From NCBI GenBank assembly GCA_965214935.1, contig CBDCCS010000021.1:32001-96000 (forward strand): a stretch of DNA of 64,000 nt, in the 5' to 3' direction. Made by a program: the position numbers and the translations under genes. A model generated the notes under the pieces. The model searched no databases. It was not told where the DNA came from and worked only from the letters and a program-made list of their open reading frames with translations. Positions 48,810 through 58,480 of this stretch are shown here, in pieces (position 1 is the stretch's first letter; every line of letters starts with the position of its first letter). Source of the stretch: Candidatus Velthaea sp. Lineage in GTDB: Bacteria > Vulcanimicrobiota > Vulcanimicrobiia > Vulcanimicrobiales > Vulcanimicrobiaceae.

Positions 48810-50186
48810 GTGCGGGCCTCAGCGACGATCGTCGACACCAAGCCGATTTGGCGCACGTTGCTCGCGTTTCTAATACCGCTAATGCTTAGCAACGTGCTGC
48901 AGTCTGCATCGGCGACGATCAACAGCATCTATCTCGGGCAAATGATCGGCATCCGCGCGCTCGCGGCGGTTTCCGGTTTCTTTCCCGTGCTGTTTTTCCT
49001 CATTTCCTTTTTTATCGGTATCTCGAGCGGCAGCACGGTGCTCATCGGCCAAGCCTACGGCGCGAATGACATGGCTCGGATACGCGCCATAGCCGGTACG
49101 ACCTTAACGATCGCGCTTGGACTTGGCGTCGTCGTCGGGATTGTGGGCGGCTTGTTGACGCAGCCGCTCCTGCACCTGATCGGTACGCCCGCCGACATCT
49201 TTGTCTTAAGCGTATCGTACGCGCAAGTGACGTTCTTTGCACTTCCGATCTTCTTTGTCTATCTCGGCTACACGACGTTCATGCGCGGCGTCGGCGACTC
49301 GCGAACGCCGTTCTACTTCCTCATCTTGAGTACCGGGCTCGGCATCTTTCTTACCCCGGCGTTTATCTCCGGCTGGCTCGGGTTACCGCGCTTCGGCGTG
49401 GCAAGTGCCGCGGTCGCCTCGCTGCTGGCAAATCTTATCGGGCTCATCGGGCTTCTGATACTGCTCGGTCGGCGAAAAGATCCGCTTGCACTCAATCGCT
49501 CGATGCTCGGAGCACTGCACATTCGGCCCGACATCTTCTCGGCAATCGTCCGCATCGGCTTGCCGACCGGCGTTCAACTCGTTATGGCATCGCTCTCCGA
49601 GATCGCCGTAATTTCGTTCGTCAACCACTTTGGTTCGCGGGCAACGGCGGCCTACGGCGCCGTGAATCAAATTGTAAGCTACGTGCAATTTCCTGCGCTC
49701 AGTATCGGCATCGCGTCGTCGATCTTCGGCGCGCAGTCGATCGGCGCACAACGACTCGATCGGCTCGGAGCGATCGTTCGTTCAGGCGTGACGCTCAACT
49801 ACATCATCGGCGGTATCCTCATCGCGCTTGCGTACACGTTCGACCACGCCATTCTCAGCGCGTTCGTCCGCGATCCCGCTACGTTGGCACTTGCGCACGA
49901 TCTGCTCGTTATCACGTTGTGGAGCTACGTTATTTTCGGCAACAATAGTGTCTTGTCCGGCGTTATGCGCTCGAGCGGGACGGTGCTCTGGCCGACTGCC
50001 ATTAGTATCTTCTCGATTTGGGCCATCGAAGTACCCGTTGCGTACGTACTGTCGCAGCATACGAGTCTGGGGCTACGCGGCGTTTGGTTCGCGTATCCGG
50101 CAGCCTTTATTGCCGGGCTCATCTTGCAGACGTCGTACTACTTATTTGTCTGGCGTAGGCGTCAGCTCACTCCAATCGCCGCTTGA
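48810..50186 (+). CDS. MATE family efflux transporter
   Basis: PLMLSN.LQ, LIGQAYGA, RG.GDS.TP, AQSIGA; about 12 TM. Confidence 0.92.
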   Translation: MRASATIVDTKPIWRTLLAFLIPLMLSNVLQSASATINSIYLGQMIGIRALAAVSGFFPVLFFLISFFIGISSGSTVLIGQAYGANDMARIRAIAGTTLTIALGLGVVVGIVGGLLTQPLLHLIGTPADIFVLSVSYAQVTFFALPIFFVYLGYTTFMRGVGDSRTPFYFLILSTGLGIFLTPAFISGWLGLPRFGVASAAVASLLANLIGLIGLLILLGRRKDPLALNRSMLGALHIRPDIFSAIVRIGLPTGVQLVMASLSEIAVISFVNHFGSRATAAYGAVNQIVSYVQFPALSIGIASSIFGAQSIGAQRLDRLGAIVRSGVTLNYIIGGILIALAYTFDHAILSAFVRDPATLALAHDLLVITLWSYVIFGNNSVLSGVMRSSGTVLWPTAISIFSIWAIEVPVAYVLSQHTSLGLRGVWFAYPAAFIAGLILQTSYYLFVWRRRQLTPIAA

Positions 50187-50248
50187 AGGCTTGTGCCAAA
50201 CGACAAGCTTGGACGACGGAGAACCGAAGCCGCCGCCCGTCGCGTAAC

Positions 50249-50554
50249 CTACGTCTGCGCGTCTTGCGGGTCGTCGAGCCTTAGCATTGCGACGACGACT
50301 TCGGCGAGCACCGCTTTCGAACGCGATGTCGAATTGGTCGGCCGGTAGCCGTCGAGTTCGGGCTGTATCTCGGCGGCCAAACCGCTCGCCGACTCATCGT
50401 CCCCACTGCGGCGCGCCGCTTCCATCGCGCGCAAGCGTTCGACGAGCGATTGCAGCGTGAGGCCATCGGAATCCGAGGCAGCCGCGCGACGAGCCACGTC
50501 GCCGGCAAGGCGATCGATCGCCTCGGTTATTTCTGCGTCCGAATAGCGCTGCAT
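50249..50554 (-). CDS. hypothetical helical protein downstream of prk
   Basis: ATG lies 1 nt after the prk stop; 101 aa, no Cys. Confidence 0.6.
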   Translation of the reverse strand: MQRYSDAEITEAIDRLAGDVARRAAASDSDGLTLQSLVERLRAMEAARRSGDDESASGLAAEIQPELDGYRPTNSTSRSKAVLAEVVVAMLRLDDPQDAQT

Positions 50555-50555
50555 T

Positions 50556-51431
50556 TCAAAAGGCTCGCTTCTTGCGATCGAGTAGTTGCCAGATCATGGG
50601 CGGAAAGATTAACTGCATGGCGAGGTCCATCTTTCCGCCGGGGCACACGATCGTGTTGGCGCGCGACATGAATGAGTCGTGCAACATCGATAGCAGGTAC
50701 GGAAAATCGATCCCCTTGGGACTGGTGAAACGTATCACCAGCATGCTTTCGTCGAGCGTCGGTATCGTTCGCGCGATGAACGGATTGGATGTATCGACGA
50801 TCGGTACGCGTTGAAAATTGACATTCGTTCGTGAAAATTGCGGCACGATGTAGTTCACGTAATCCGGCATGCGGCGCAAGATCGTATCGACGATCGCCTC
50901 TTGCGAGTGGCCGCGCGCGGTACTGTCGCGATGCAGTTTCTGGATCCACTCGAGATTGATCGTCGGCACGACACCGACGATCAGATCCGCGTGTTTCGCG
51001 ACATCGACTTTGTCGGTAGCTACGGCGCCGTGCAGGCCCTCGTAAAAAAGTAGGTCCGTCCCCGGACCGATATCTTTCCAGGGCACGAACGTGCCCGGCG
51101 GTTGGCCGTACGGCGCCGCTTCTTCGGCATCGTGTAAATAGAGACGCGAGCGTCCACGCCCGCTTTCACCATACGTGCGAAACAGCGTCTCGAGTTCCTC
51201 GAACAGATTCGCTTCGGGACCGAAATGGCTGAAATGATTGTTACCGGCAGCTTGTTGCTCGGCCATCAACGCGCGCATTTCGGCGCGATCGTAGCGGTGA
51301 AACGCATCGCCCTCGACGATCGCCGGCGTAAGCTTTTCGCGCCGGAAGATTTGTTGAAACGTCGTCTTGACCGTCGTCGTTCCGGCTCCCGACGAACCGG
51401 TGATTACGAGAACGGGGTGCTTGGCCGACAT
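50556..51431 (-). CDS. prk: phosphoribulokinase (bacterial CbbP type)
   Basis: TGSSGAGTT, EGDAFHRY.R, SHFGPEAN, YEGLHG, NLEWIQK..RD...RG, NFQRVP.VDTSNPF. Confidence 0.97.
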   Translation of the reverse strand: MSAKHPVLVITGSSGAGTTTVKTTFQQIFRREKLTPAIVEGDAFHRYDRAEMRALMAEQQAAGNNHFSHFGPEANLFEELETLFRTYGESGRGRSRLYLHDAEEAAPYGQPPGTFVPWKDIGPGTDLLFYEGLHGAVATDKVDVAKHADLIVGVVPTINLEWIQKLHRDSTARGHSQEAIVDTILRRMPDYVNYIVPQFSRTNVNFQRVPIVDTSNPFIARTIPTLDESMLVIRFTSPKGIDFPYLLSMLHDSFMSRANTIVCPGGKMDLAMQLIFPPMIWQLLDRKKRAF

Positions 51432-51440
51432 AACGTTCCT

Positions 51441-52496
51441 TTACAAGCTGCGAAAGAGCGAACGCGGCTTGAAAAGCGGCGTCTCGAATTGCAATTCTTC
51501 GCCGCGATCGTACTCGCGATGAAACCGAGTCAAGCGCTCGACTTCGCTGCGCGAACCGAGAATAACGGGGATTCGTTCGTGTAAGGTTTCCGGCACGACG
51601 TCGAGGATGCGCTCGCGGCCGGTCGAAGCGGCGCCGCCGGCTTCCTCAACGATCATCGCCATCGGATTCGCCTCGTACAAAAGTCGGCGCCGGCCGTGCC
51701 GCGAGCCGTCGCCCGTGTCACGCGGATCGATGAATAGGCCGCCGCGCATGAGAATGCGATGCACGTCGATGACCAGCGAGTCGACCCAGCGTAAGTTGAA
51801 ATCGTCACCGCGCGAGCCGGCTCGTCCCGCGATGCACTCCTCGACATAGTGGCGGACCGGCGGCTCCCAAAAACGCTCGTTCGCAGCATCGACGGCAAAT
51901 TCGCGGGTTTGTTCGGGGATGCGCATGTCCGGATGCGTCAAGGTGTACGCGCCGATCTCGCGGTCGAGCGTAAATCCGTGCACGCCCGCGCCCAGCGTGA
52001 TGACTAACAGCGATGTCGGGCCGTATAGCGCAAAGCCGGCGGCAATCTGTTGCGTTCCGGGTTGTAAGAAATCGGCGATGCCGGCGGTTTCGACACCGGC
52101 AGGTGCCCGCAGTACGCTAAAAATCGTGCCGACCGTCACGTTCACATCTAAGTTCGACGATCCGTCCAGTGCATCGAAGGCCAGCAAATACCGCCCGCGC
52201 GGATACTCAACGGGGATAACGTACGGCTCGTCGACACCCTCATAGATCATCGCGGAAAGTTTGCCGCCGGACTCGCATTCACGCAGCATGATTTCATTTG
52301 CCAACGCGCGCAATTCTTGCGTTTCGCCGGCCGGCGCAACGTTCCGATACAACACGCCGCGCGAAACGGCCGACGCGATGAACTTACAAGCCGTCTGAAT
52401 ATCGTTGAGCAGCGCCGTAAGATCGGTATCATGGCTTATGCGGCGGCGCTGATCTTCGATGATAAATCGGCTGAATGTCGTACGATTGTGCGGCAT
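51441..52496 (-). CDS. fbp: class 1 fructose-1,6-bisphosphatase homolog (CbbF-like) with degenerate active site
   Basis: D.LDGSSN.D.N..VGTIF, GV.GFTLD, HRIL.RGG, RLLYEANP; several conserved residues are substituted. Confidence 0.88.
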   Translation of the reverse strand: MPHNRTTFSRFIIEDQRRRISHDTDLTALLNDIQTACKFIASAVSRGVLYRNVAPAGETQELRALANEIMLRECESGGKLSAMIYEGVDEPYVIPVEYPRGRYLLAFDALDGSSNLDVNVTVGTIFSVLRAPAGVETAGIADFLQPGTQQIAAGFALYGPTSLLVITLGAGVHGFTLDREIGAYTLTHPDMRIPEQTREFAVDAANERFWEPPVRHYVEECIAGRAGSRGDDFNLRWVDSLVIDVHRILMRGGLFIDPRDTGDGSRHGRRRLLYEANPMAMIVEEAGGAASTGRERILDVVPETLHERIPVILGSRSEVERLTRFHREYDRGEELQFETPLFKPRSLFRSL

Positions 52497-52672
52497 CGCG
52501 CTCTCCCCGGACGGTTTACCGCCCGTCACGCATGCTTCCCGGCCAAATGAGCCGATTCCGTTGTACGCAAGCGTCGCCGTTGGCCAAAGATAAGAGCCAG
52601 GTGGTGCACGTTAACCGCGCGGCGGTTGCCGAACGGCCGTTCTATCGATAGCGTGTCACTAGCGACTCGTCG

Positions 52673-52682
52673 TTGTATACAT
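52673..52682. promoter_or_regulatory. possible GntR-family operator
   Basis: Palindrome tgtataca in the divergent fbp/dioxygenase spacer. Confidence 0.3.
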
Positions 52683-52734
52683 ACTTGGAAAAGGAGATTA
52701 GGTTGACGATCTACCGTTCGTTGAGGCATGCAGC

Positions 52735-53556
52735 GTGAGTTCGGCAATGTACGGGATCGTGCCGCAACGCACGACCGACCGCCGCGAAGCATTCGCCATC
52801 CTTCGCTCGGCCGGCGCCGTTATTCTCGAAGATTCCGGCGCATCACGTGATGATGCGCGGTCGGTCGCCGAGTCGATTCTTGCGCCGCTTTCGCCGGTCG
52901 TCCCCGATCCCGCGCCGATTAAAGAAGGCGGCGGCAATCGCGATCGCACGTACGTCACCTCGAACCTTGAAGAAACGCTCGTCGTGCCGTTTCAATCCGG
53001 CCATACCGATGGTTTCGCGTACGGTGATCGCTATCCGGACTACATCTTTCTGCTCTGCGTACGGGCAGCCGAAAGCGGCGGCGAATCGTTTGCCGTCGAC
53101 ACGTATGCGATGCTCGAAGCGCTGCAACGTTCGGCATCGGCAGAGGACCGTGCATTCGTCGAGTTCCTGCATACAGTGCCGGTCGAGCAAACCGAACCGG
53201 GCTTTCGCGCGTCGTTCGCACCGCCGATTCTCGACAATGGGCGCGGGCGAAAGATGTCGCGCTGGACGCCCGTGCAACGGCCCAACGCGATGTTACCCGC
53301 CGCCGAGAGTGAGCGCCAACGCGGGTGGCTCGCGCGCTGGACCGAGATGGCCCTCAACGCCTCCCTTGACGCGCCGCGCTTTCTGCTACGCCCGGGCGAC
53401 ACGATTTGTCTGGATAACTATCGAATGCTGCACGGCCGTAACGGCTTCAACGATACGGAACGCGCGTTGTGGCGCATTTGGGCCTGGACGACGGAGTCGC
53501 TCGGCGCGCCGGACGGACTATTATTTTCCGACAGCCGCTTTGCCGTCGTTGATTAA
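52735..53556 (+). CDS. TauD/TfdA-family Fe(II)/2-oxoglutarate dioxygenase
   Basis: HTDG, L.C...A..GGES..VD, L.PGD....DNYR.LHGR; start uncertain. Confidence 0.88.
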   Translation: MSSAMYGIVPQRTTDRREAFAILRSAGAVILEDSGASRDDARSVAESILAPLSPVVPDPAPIKEGGGNRDRTYVTSNLEETLVVPFQSGHTDGFAYGDRYPDYIFLLCVRAAESGGESFAVDTYAMLEALQRSASAEDRAFVEFLHTVPVEQTEPGFRASFAPPILDNGRGRKMSRWTPVQRPNAMLPAAESERQRGWLARWTEMALNASLDAPRFLLRPGDTICLDNYRMLHGRNGFNDTERALWRIWAWTTESLGAPDGLLFSDSRFAVVD

Positions 53557-53568
53557 AGCGCTGCACGA

Positions 53569-54600
53569 ATGCGCCGTGATGCATTTCTTGCCGGCGGCCT
53601 TGTCGCCGGAGCAGCCGCCGCGCGAGGTCTCCCGCCGCAAAGCGCATACGCCGCGCCGGCATCCGACGAGACGGTCACCACCCAGTTGCTGTGGATAAAA
53701 AATGTCGAAGCCGCGGGCCTATGGATCGCCGATGCGAACGGCTATTTCCGCGCCACGCACATAACGTCCACGGTTCTGGCCGGAGGCCCGTCGCTGGCGA
53801 GCGTCGAGGCGCTGGTGGTCGGCGGACGGGCCGATGTGGGCTTGGATCAGATCGAGCGGATCGCCGACGCATCGGCGGCCGGGGCGGACCTCGTCATTAT
53901 CGGTGCCGTGTTTCAGCAGAGCCCGGCCGGCCTTGTTTCGTTAGCGGCGCATCCGATTCGCAGCGCGCGCGATATCATCGGCAAACGTATCGGTTTACAG
54001 CAGGGCGCACGGCTTTATATCGATGCGATTATGGACGTCAATCACTTGCCGCGTAACTACACCGAAGTCGTCGTCGGCTTCGACCCGCAACCGCTCGTTG
54101 CCGGGGCGTGCGACGCGTATCTTTGCTTCGTGACGAATCAGCCGCTCATCTTAGCCGAGCAGGGAATCGCGCACGTCGTCGTGAGCTTCGAGCAGCTGGG
54201 CCTAGCGAACTACGGCGAATGTTTATTTTGCACGCGCGACTATCTGCAGACGCATCGGGCGACGCTCGTGCGCTATATGCGCGCGCTGCAACGAGGCTGG
54301 ACGCAGAACGCGAAAGATCCGGCGCTTGCGGCTCGGCTCGCAACGCAAACGTACGGCGCGACGCTGGGACTTGAAGAACGCCAGCAACTCGCGGAAAACC
54401 GGGCGCAGATTCCGCTGACGCAAAGCGCGCAGACTCGCACGAACGGGCTGCTTGCAATCGATCCGCAACGCGTCGCGGGTCCGATCTACACGAGTCTGCG
54501 CGCGACCGGCCGAACGAAGTTGCCGGACATCGGACGCTTCATCGATACGGCGATTCTGCGCGAAGCGACGGCCGCCAACCGGCGCGACCGGTTCATCTAA
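53569..54600 (+). CDS. ABC substrate-binding protein, NMT1/THI5-like, Tat-exported
   Basis: MRRDAFL Tat signal, QL.W..N.E.AG...A...GY, Q.SP, GK.IG, F.TNQP. Confidence 0.85.
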   Translation: MRRDAFLAGGLVAGAAAARGLPPQSAYAAPASDETVTTQLLWIKNVEAAGLWIADANGYFRATHITSTVLAGGPSLASVEALVVGGRADVGLDQIERIADASAAGADLVIIGAVFQQSPAGLVSLAAHPIRSARDIIGKRIGLQQGARLYIDAIMDVNHLPRNYTEVVVGFDPQPLVAGACDAYLCFVTNQPLILAEQGIAHVVVSFEQLGLANYGECLFCTRDYLQTHRATLVRYMRALQRGWTQNAKDPALAARLATQTYGATLGLEERQQLAENRAQIPLTQSAQTRTNGLLAIDPQRVAGPIYTSLRATGRTKLPDIGRFIDTAILREATAANRRDRFI

Positions 54601-55612
54601 GTTTAGCAGCAGCCGCGCGCGCAATCGCCGCAGCTTCGACGTCACGACGTTCGGCCGGCGTGAGAAAGGCGATTGCGAGTGAATTGCGCTGTGCTTGCGC
54701 AACCTCGGCATCGGTAAGGCCGGCGCATGCCGCCGCGACCGTCATCTCGTGCGGCCAATCGATGCCGCTGATCACCGGATTGTCGGTATTGATGGTGGCA
54801 CGGATACCATGTGCGAGAAACGCTTTGAGCGGGTGCGCCGCGAAGCTCTCGACGCTGTTGGTCTGCACGTTACTCGTCAGGTTCATTTCAACGCCGATGC
54901 CTTCGTACGCTAAATAATCCATGAGCGCCGGATCGTCGACCGCGCGCGTGCCGTGACCGATTCGCGTTGCGCCGAGATCGCGCAGCGCCGACCAGATACT
55001 TGCAGCCGTTCCGGCTTCACCGGCATGGACGGTGACCGCCCAACCGGCATCGCGTCCGCGCGCGAAATGCTCGCGAAACAGCGCGGCGGGCCAACGACGT
55101 TCGTCGCCGGCAAGATCGAGTGCCGCAATTCGGTCGCGCTGCGTGAGCAGTGCTTCGAGTTCGGCCGTACACGCTTGCGGGCCGAACGTTCGGCTTAAGA
55201 TACCGATCAGCTTGACCTTGATGCCCGTTTGTCTGCGACCTTCTTCGATACCGGCGACGACGGCTTCAACGACTGCGGCCGGATCGAGACCGTGCGGCTG
55301 CGCTTGAAAGTACGGGCTAAAACGCAACTCGACGTAGTCGAGTCCATCGCGCTGCGCGTCTTCGACATTTTCGCGCGCGATGCGCCGGCAGGCGTCGACG
55401 TCGGCAACGACCGCCGTCATCCAGTGCAGCCGTTGCAACCATGACACGAGGTCGGGCATGACGCCGGCGACTTCAACGTGCGGCCGCAGTTCCTCGCTCG
55501 TCGTACCCGGCAACGTCACTCCATGCGCGCGGCCCAAGTCGAGAATCGTTTGTAAACGCACGTTGCCGTCGAGATGCCGGTGCAGATCGATGCGTGGAAG
55601 CCTCGGGTCCAT
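54593..55612 (-). CDS. add: adenosine deaminase
   Basis: DLHRHLDG, ELRFSP, DLAGDE, HAGEA, RIGHG, NTDNP. Confidence 0.92.
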   Translation of the reverse strand: MDPRLPRIDLHRHLDGNVRLQTILDLGRAHGVTLPGTTSEELRPHVEVAGVMPDLVSWLQRLHWMTAVVADVDACRRIARENVEDAQRDGLDYVELRFSPYFQAQPHGLDPAAVVEAVVAGIEEGRRQTGIKVKLIGILSRTFGPQACTAELEALLTQRDRIAALDLAGDERRWPAALFREHFARGRDAGWAVTVHAGEAGTAASIWSALRDLGATRIGHGTRAVDDPALMDYLAYEGIGVEMNLTSNVQTNSVESFAAHPLKAFLAHGIRATINTDNPVISGIDWPHEMTVAAACAGLTDAEVAQAQRNSLAIAFLTPAERRDVEAAAIARAAAAKLR

Positions 55613-56385
55613 TAGCGCGGCAATGCCTGCACGAAGTGCATCGTCCAACGCGCTGCGGCGGCGGCGGCAATCTGACCCAGGCGGCGGTAGTCGTTGCCGG
55701 GGTTGGGCTGCGTGCGATTGCTGCCGGCGCGGAAAACGATGTGCGGCGTCTCGAGCTGGTGACAAACCTGCGCGATTGCGGCACTTTCCATTTCCATGAT
55801 ATCCGGATCGAGCTTCGCGCGCATGTCGGCGATTTTTTCCGGCGACACGCCGAACATGTCGCTGGCGGTAACGATGCCCGTCACAACGGCGGGACGATAT
55901 GTCTCGCCGTCAACGCGAATCGCCTCCGCTCGATACGTTTTCGCGACGGATCTCGCCAACGCCAGCAAGTCGCGATTCGGCCGGTAGAACCAGGACGTCA
56001 TCTGGTCCGGCAACGGACCGCGAACGTTGCGGTAGACCATGCCGTCGGCAGTCAAACTCCCGGCGGCATGATGAATCGTTTTCGTTGAAATGACGACATC
56101 GCCGGTCCGGATCCGTGTATGAAAGCGTGAACCGGTGCCGGTGACGATGAGCCGCGCCGGACGGAATCGCTGCACGAAGAGCGCCGCAACCATTGCGCCG
56201 TTCGTTACACCGACGCCGGTAACCGCCACAACGACGCGCCGGCCGTTCAAGCGTCCGGCGTGATAGGGAAAACAGGCAAGCATGCCGGACGTCGCGCGGC
56301 TGAGGTTGCCCGCAACAAGCCGAACTTCCGACGGCATGGCGCCGAGTATCAAGGTCGTGCCGGCTGCCGTTGCCGCGCCGCTCAC
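55612..56385 (-). CDS. MTA/SAH nucleosidase-family (PNP_UDP_1) enzyme
   Basis: GAMPSE, TGVG..N, GDVVI, MEMESAA.AQVC, RAGSN. Confidence 0.88.
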   Translation of the reverse strand: MSGAATAAGTTLILGAMPSEVRLVAGNLSRATSGMLACFPYHAGRLNGRRVVVAVTGVGVTNGAMVAALFVQRFRPARLIVTGTGSRFHTRIRTGDVVISTKTIHHAAGSLTADGMVYRNVRGPLPDQMTSWFYRPNRDLLALARSVAKTYRAEAIRVDGETYRPAVVTGIVTASDMFGVSPEKIADMRAKLDPDIMEMESAAIAQVCHQLETPHIVFRAGSNRTQPNPGNDYRRLGQIAAAAAARWTMHFVQALPR

Positions 56386-57623
56386 CCGGCTACCGCCGGT
56401 GCCGGCCGGTGCTCGCGTGCTGCTCGCTCGAGCGCAAGCGCCGCTAAAACCGCAAGCAATGCCGTTGCATAACATCCGAGCGTCATGAACGGACCGGCAT
56501 GCGGGCCGAGCGCATGCACGACGTTCGCGCTAACGACCGGCGCAATCGTTCCGCCGATGCTGCCCGACAGCAGCAAGAACGTCACGAGCAAAGGCGGTGC
56601 CGTAGCGATCTGTTCGGAGCCGATCGAGATCATAAGTTTGTACATGCACGTCGACGAAAAACCGAAGCCCAGCGTCACGGCGAAAAAGGCGGCCACGTTC
56701 GCCGTTGTCGCCAGTAACGCCAAACAAAACACGGCAATGCTCGTTGCCCCGACCAGCACGCGGCGCGGTTGTATGCGCGCGGTCAGGAGCGCGGCTACGA
56801 TCAAACCGAAAACCGATGGTCCCCAGAAGCTGCTTACCACACCGCCGGCCTGCAAAGCCGGAACGCCGAAGACAACGTGTAGATAGCTGGGCGCCCATAA
56901 GAGAAAGACGCTTTGCCCGCACAAGTATAGCGCCAGTCCGACGCCGTACAGCGCGATGCGGCTCATTGCGCCGCGTTGTAAGGTCGGCGGCGCACTTCTC
57001 TTCACGGCGCGGTCCGGCAGCACGCGCGGAAACGTAATCCAGCGCATTCCGGCGAGCATCAACATGGCAATCGCTCCGGCAGCGAGATAGCCGGACGACC
57101 AGCGGTAGCCACGCGCGATTGCAACGCCCGCGATGACCGGAAAGACGAAGCCCGCAATGCTGAAGGCGCAATCCGTGGCAAGGAACGCAACGGCGCGCCG
57201 GTTGGCTGCAAACGTCTTCGAGATGATCACGGCTCCGGCCGACAAACCGAGGCCGCCGCCGAAGCCGACACACGCAAGCGCGAAACAGGCGATCGGAAAA
57301 GCGTGCGTCGCGAGCAAAACCGCAATGCCGGCGAATAACACTCCGTACGCCACGGCAAACGTGCCCTTGATCGACACTGCACGGAAAGCGAACATGCTTG
57401 CGATGATGCCGATGAGGTTGCCGCCGACGAGGTACGAAAAGATGCTCGCGGTCGCCGTGATGCTAAGCCCGAAATATGCGGCCGCCGGGGCGAGGATCAC
57501 TCCGCTTTGGGTGAAAAATCCGGCCATGACGACATAGCTCAGAACCGCTACGATCGTCGGCGGCAGCTGCGCTTGCGGCCACGGAAGACTGCCGGGCGCA
57601 AGCGCTGTATGAATCGAGGCCAC
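56382..57623 (-). CDS. MFS transporter, TsgA-like
   Basis: RAVAFLATD..FS..G..FP, LY..GQ..F..W.P.Y, FW; about 12 TM. Confidence 0.85.
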   Translation of the reverse strand: MASIHTALAPGSLPWPQAQLPPTIVAVLSYVVMAGFFTQSGVILAPAAAYFGLSITATASIFSYLVGGNLIGIIASMFAFRAVSIKGTFAVAYGVLFAGIAVLLATHAFPIACFALACVGFGGGLGLSAGAVIISKTFAANRRAVAFLATDCAFSIAGFVFPVIAGVAIARGYRWSSGYLAAGAIAMLMLAGMRWITFPRVLPDRAVKRSAPPTLQRGAMSRIALYGVGLALYLCGQSVFLLWAPSYLHVVFGVPALQAGGVVSSFWGPSVFGLIVAALLTARIQPRRVLVGATSIAVFCLALLATTANVAAFFAVTLGFGFSSTCMYKLMISIGSEQIATAPPLLVTFLLLSGSIGGTIAPVVSANVVHALGPHAGPFMTLGCYATALLAVLAALALERAAREHRPAPAVAG

Positions 57624-57792
57624 GATTGCGCGTTTAGGCCTCGGGTAACGCGCTTCCCGGTCGAAACCCGTTCGAGCCAAACACTCTCGTTAGCAGGCTA
57701 GGCGCAAAGTCGACTCGTGCGACACGTCTTGCACGATTCACCGATTTACACGAAAGCAGCGACCGATCTGATCGCTCAGCTCGGATTACCGT

Positions 57793-58005
57793 CTACGAGG
57801 CGATTGACTCATGGCCGAGCGCATCGATCCGTACGACGTCGGAAATAGACAGCGACAAGTCGCGCACGTCGCCGAAGAAGTACGCCGAAACGGCACTAGG
57901 CGATAAGATATCGGTGCGAAACCGTCCGCTGAACACTTGGCCCTCGACGAGCGTAATTCGAACGCGTCCGGCGCGCGCACGATGGATGAATTCAGCGATC
58001 TGCAT
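57793..58005 (-). CDS. small hypothetical protein, possible Sm-like fold
   Basis: AAGGAG RBS; RVRITLVEGQVFSG...LSISDVVRI. Confidence 0.7.
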   Translation of the reverse strand: MQIAEFIHRARAGRVRITLVEGQVFSGRFRTDILSPSAVSAYFFGDVRDLSLSISDVVRIDALGHESIAS

Positions 58006-58480
58006 ATCGAGCCAATCTCCTTACGTACATCCGGGTGAACGACACGAGCGGTTTATGCGATACGAGCCGGTCCGTCGACTGACGATAGCGCTTGGCGCAA
58101 TCGTCGTTCCGTAGCGCAAGTCACCGGACGGCCACGCCCTTGCAATGCGGCAGCATCCCGGTACCGAGGTTTTCGTTCGTCACACGAACTGCCGGTCGTC
58201 GGTCACCGATTCGCATTCGATTGAAGCTCGCACGCAAACGGCGCTGAACCGGATGCGTATGAGCGCGTGTTTGCCGTAGAAAAGCACGAGCACAATGGTT
58301 GCGTGCTGGACGAGGCAGCAGAGCGTTCTTGTAAAGACTCGTCGTCGCGATGCATGCGACAATGTTCCGGCGGCGAAGTCTAAGACCGTTGACGTCAAGC
58401 GGCTTGTGCGGCTGCGTGGCTTTTTTGCTCCTTCGGAAATATTCCATTCCGTATCGCGCCGTACTAAAGGGATCCCGATC

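Noticed and set aside
50556..52496. Complete Calvin-cycle operon
   Set aside because: No RuBisCO, transketolase or cbbR in the window; autotrophy cannot be claimed from it
52600..52734. NMT1/xanthine riboswitch or uORF before the dioxygenase
   Set aside because: No recognisable consensus; the AAGGAG-TTG 11-codon frame could simply reflect an ambiguous start
58010..58480. Short ORFs in the long spacer
   Set aside because: No recognisable motif in any frame I read
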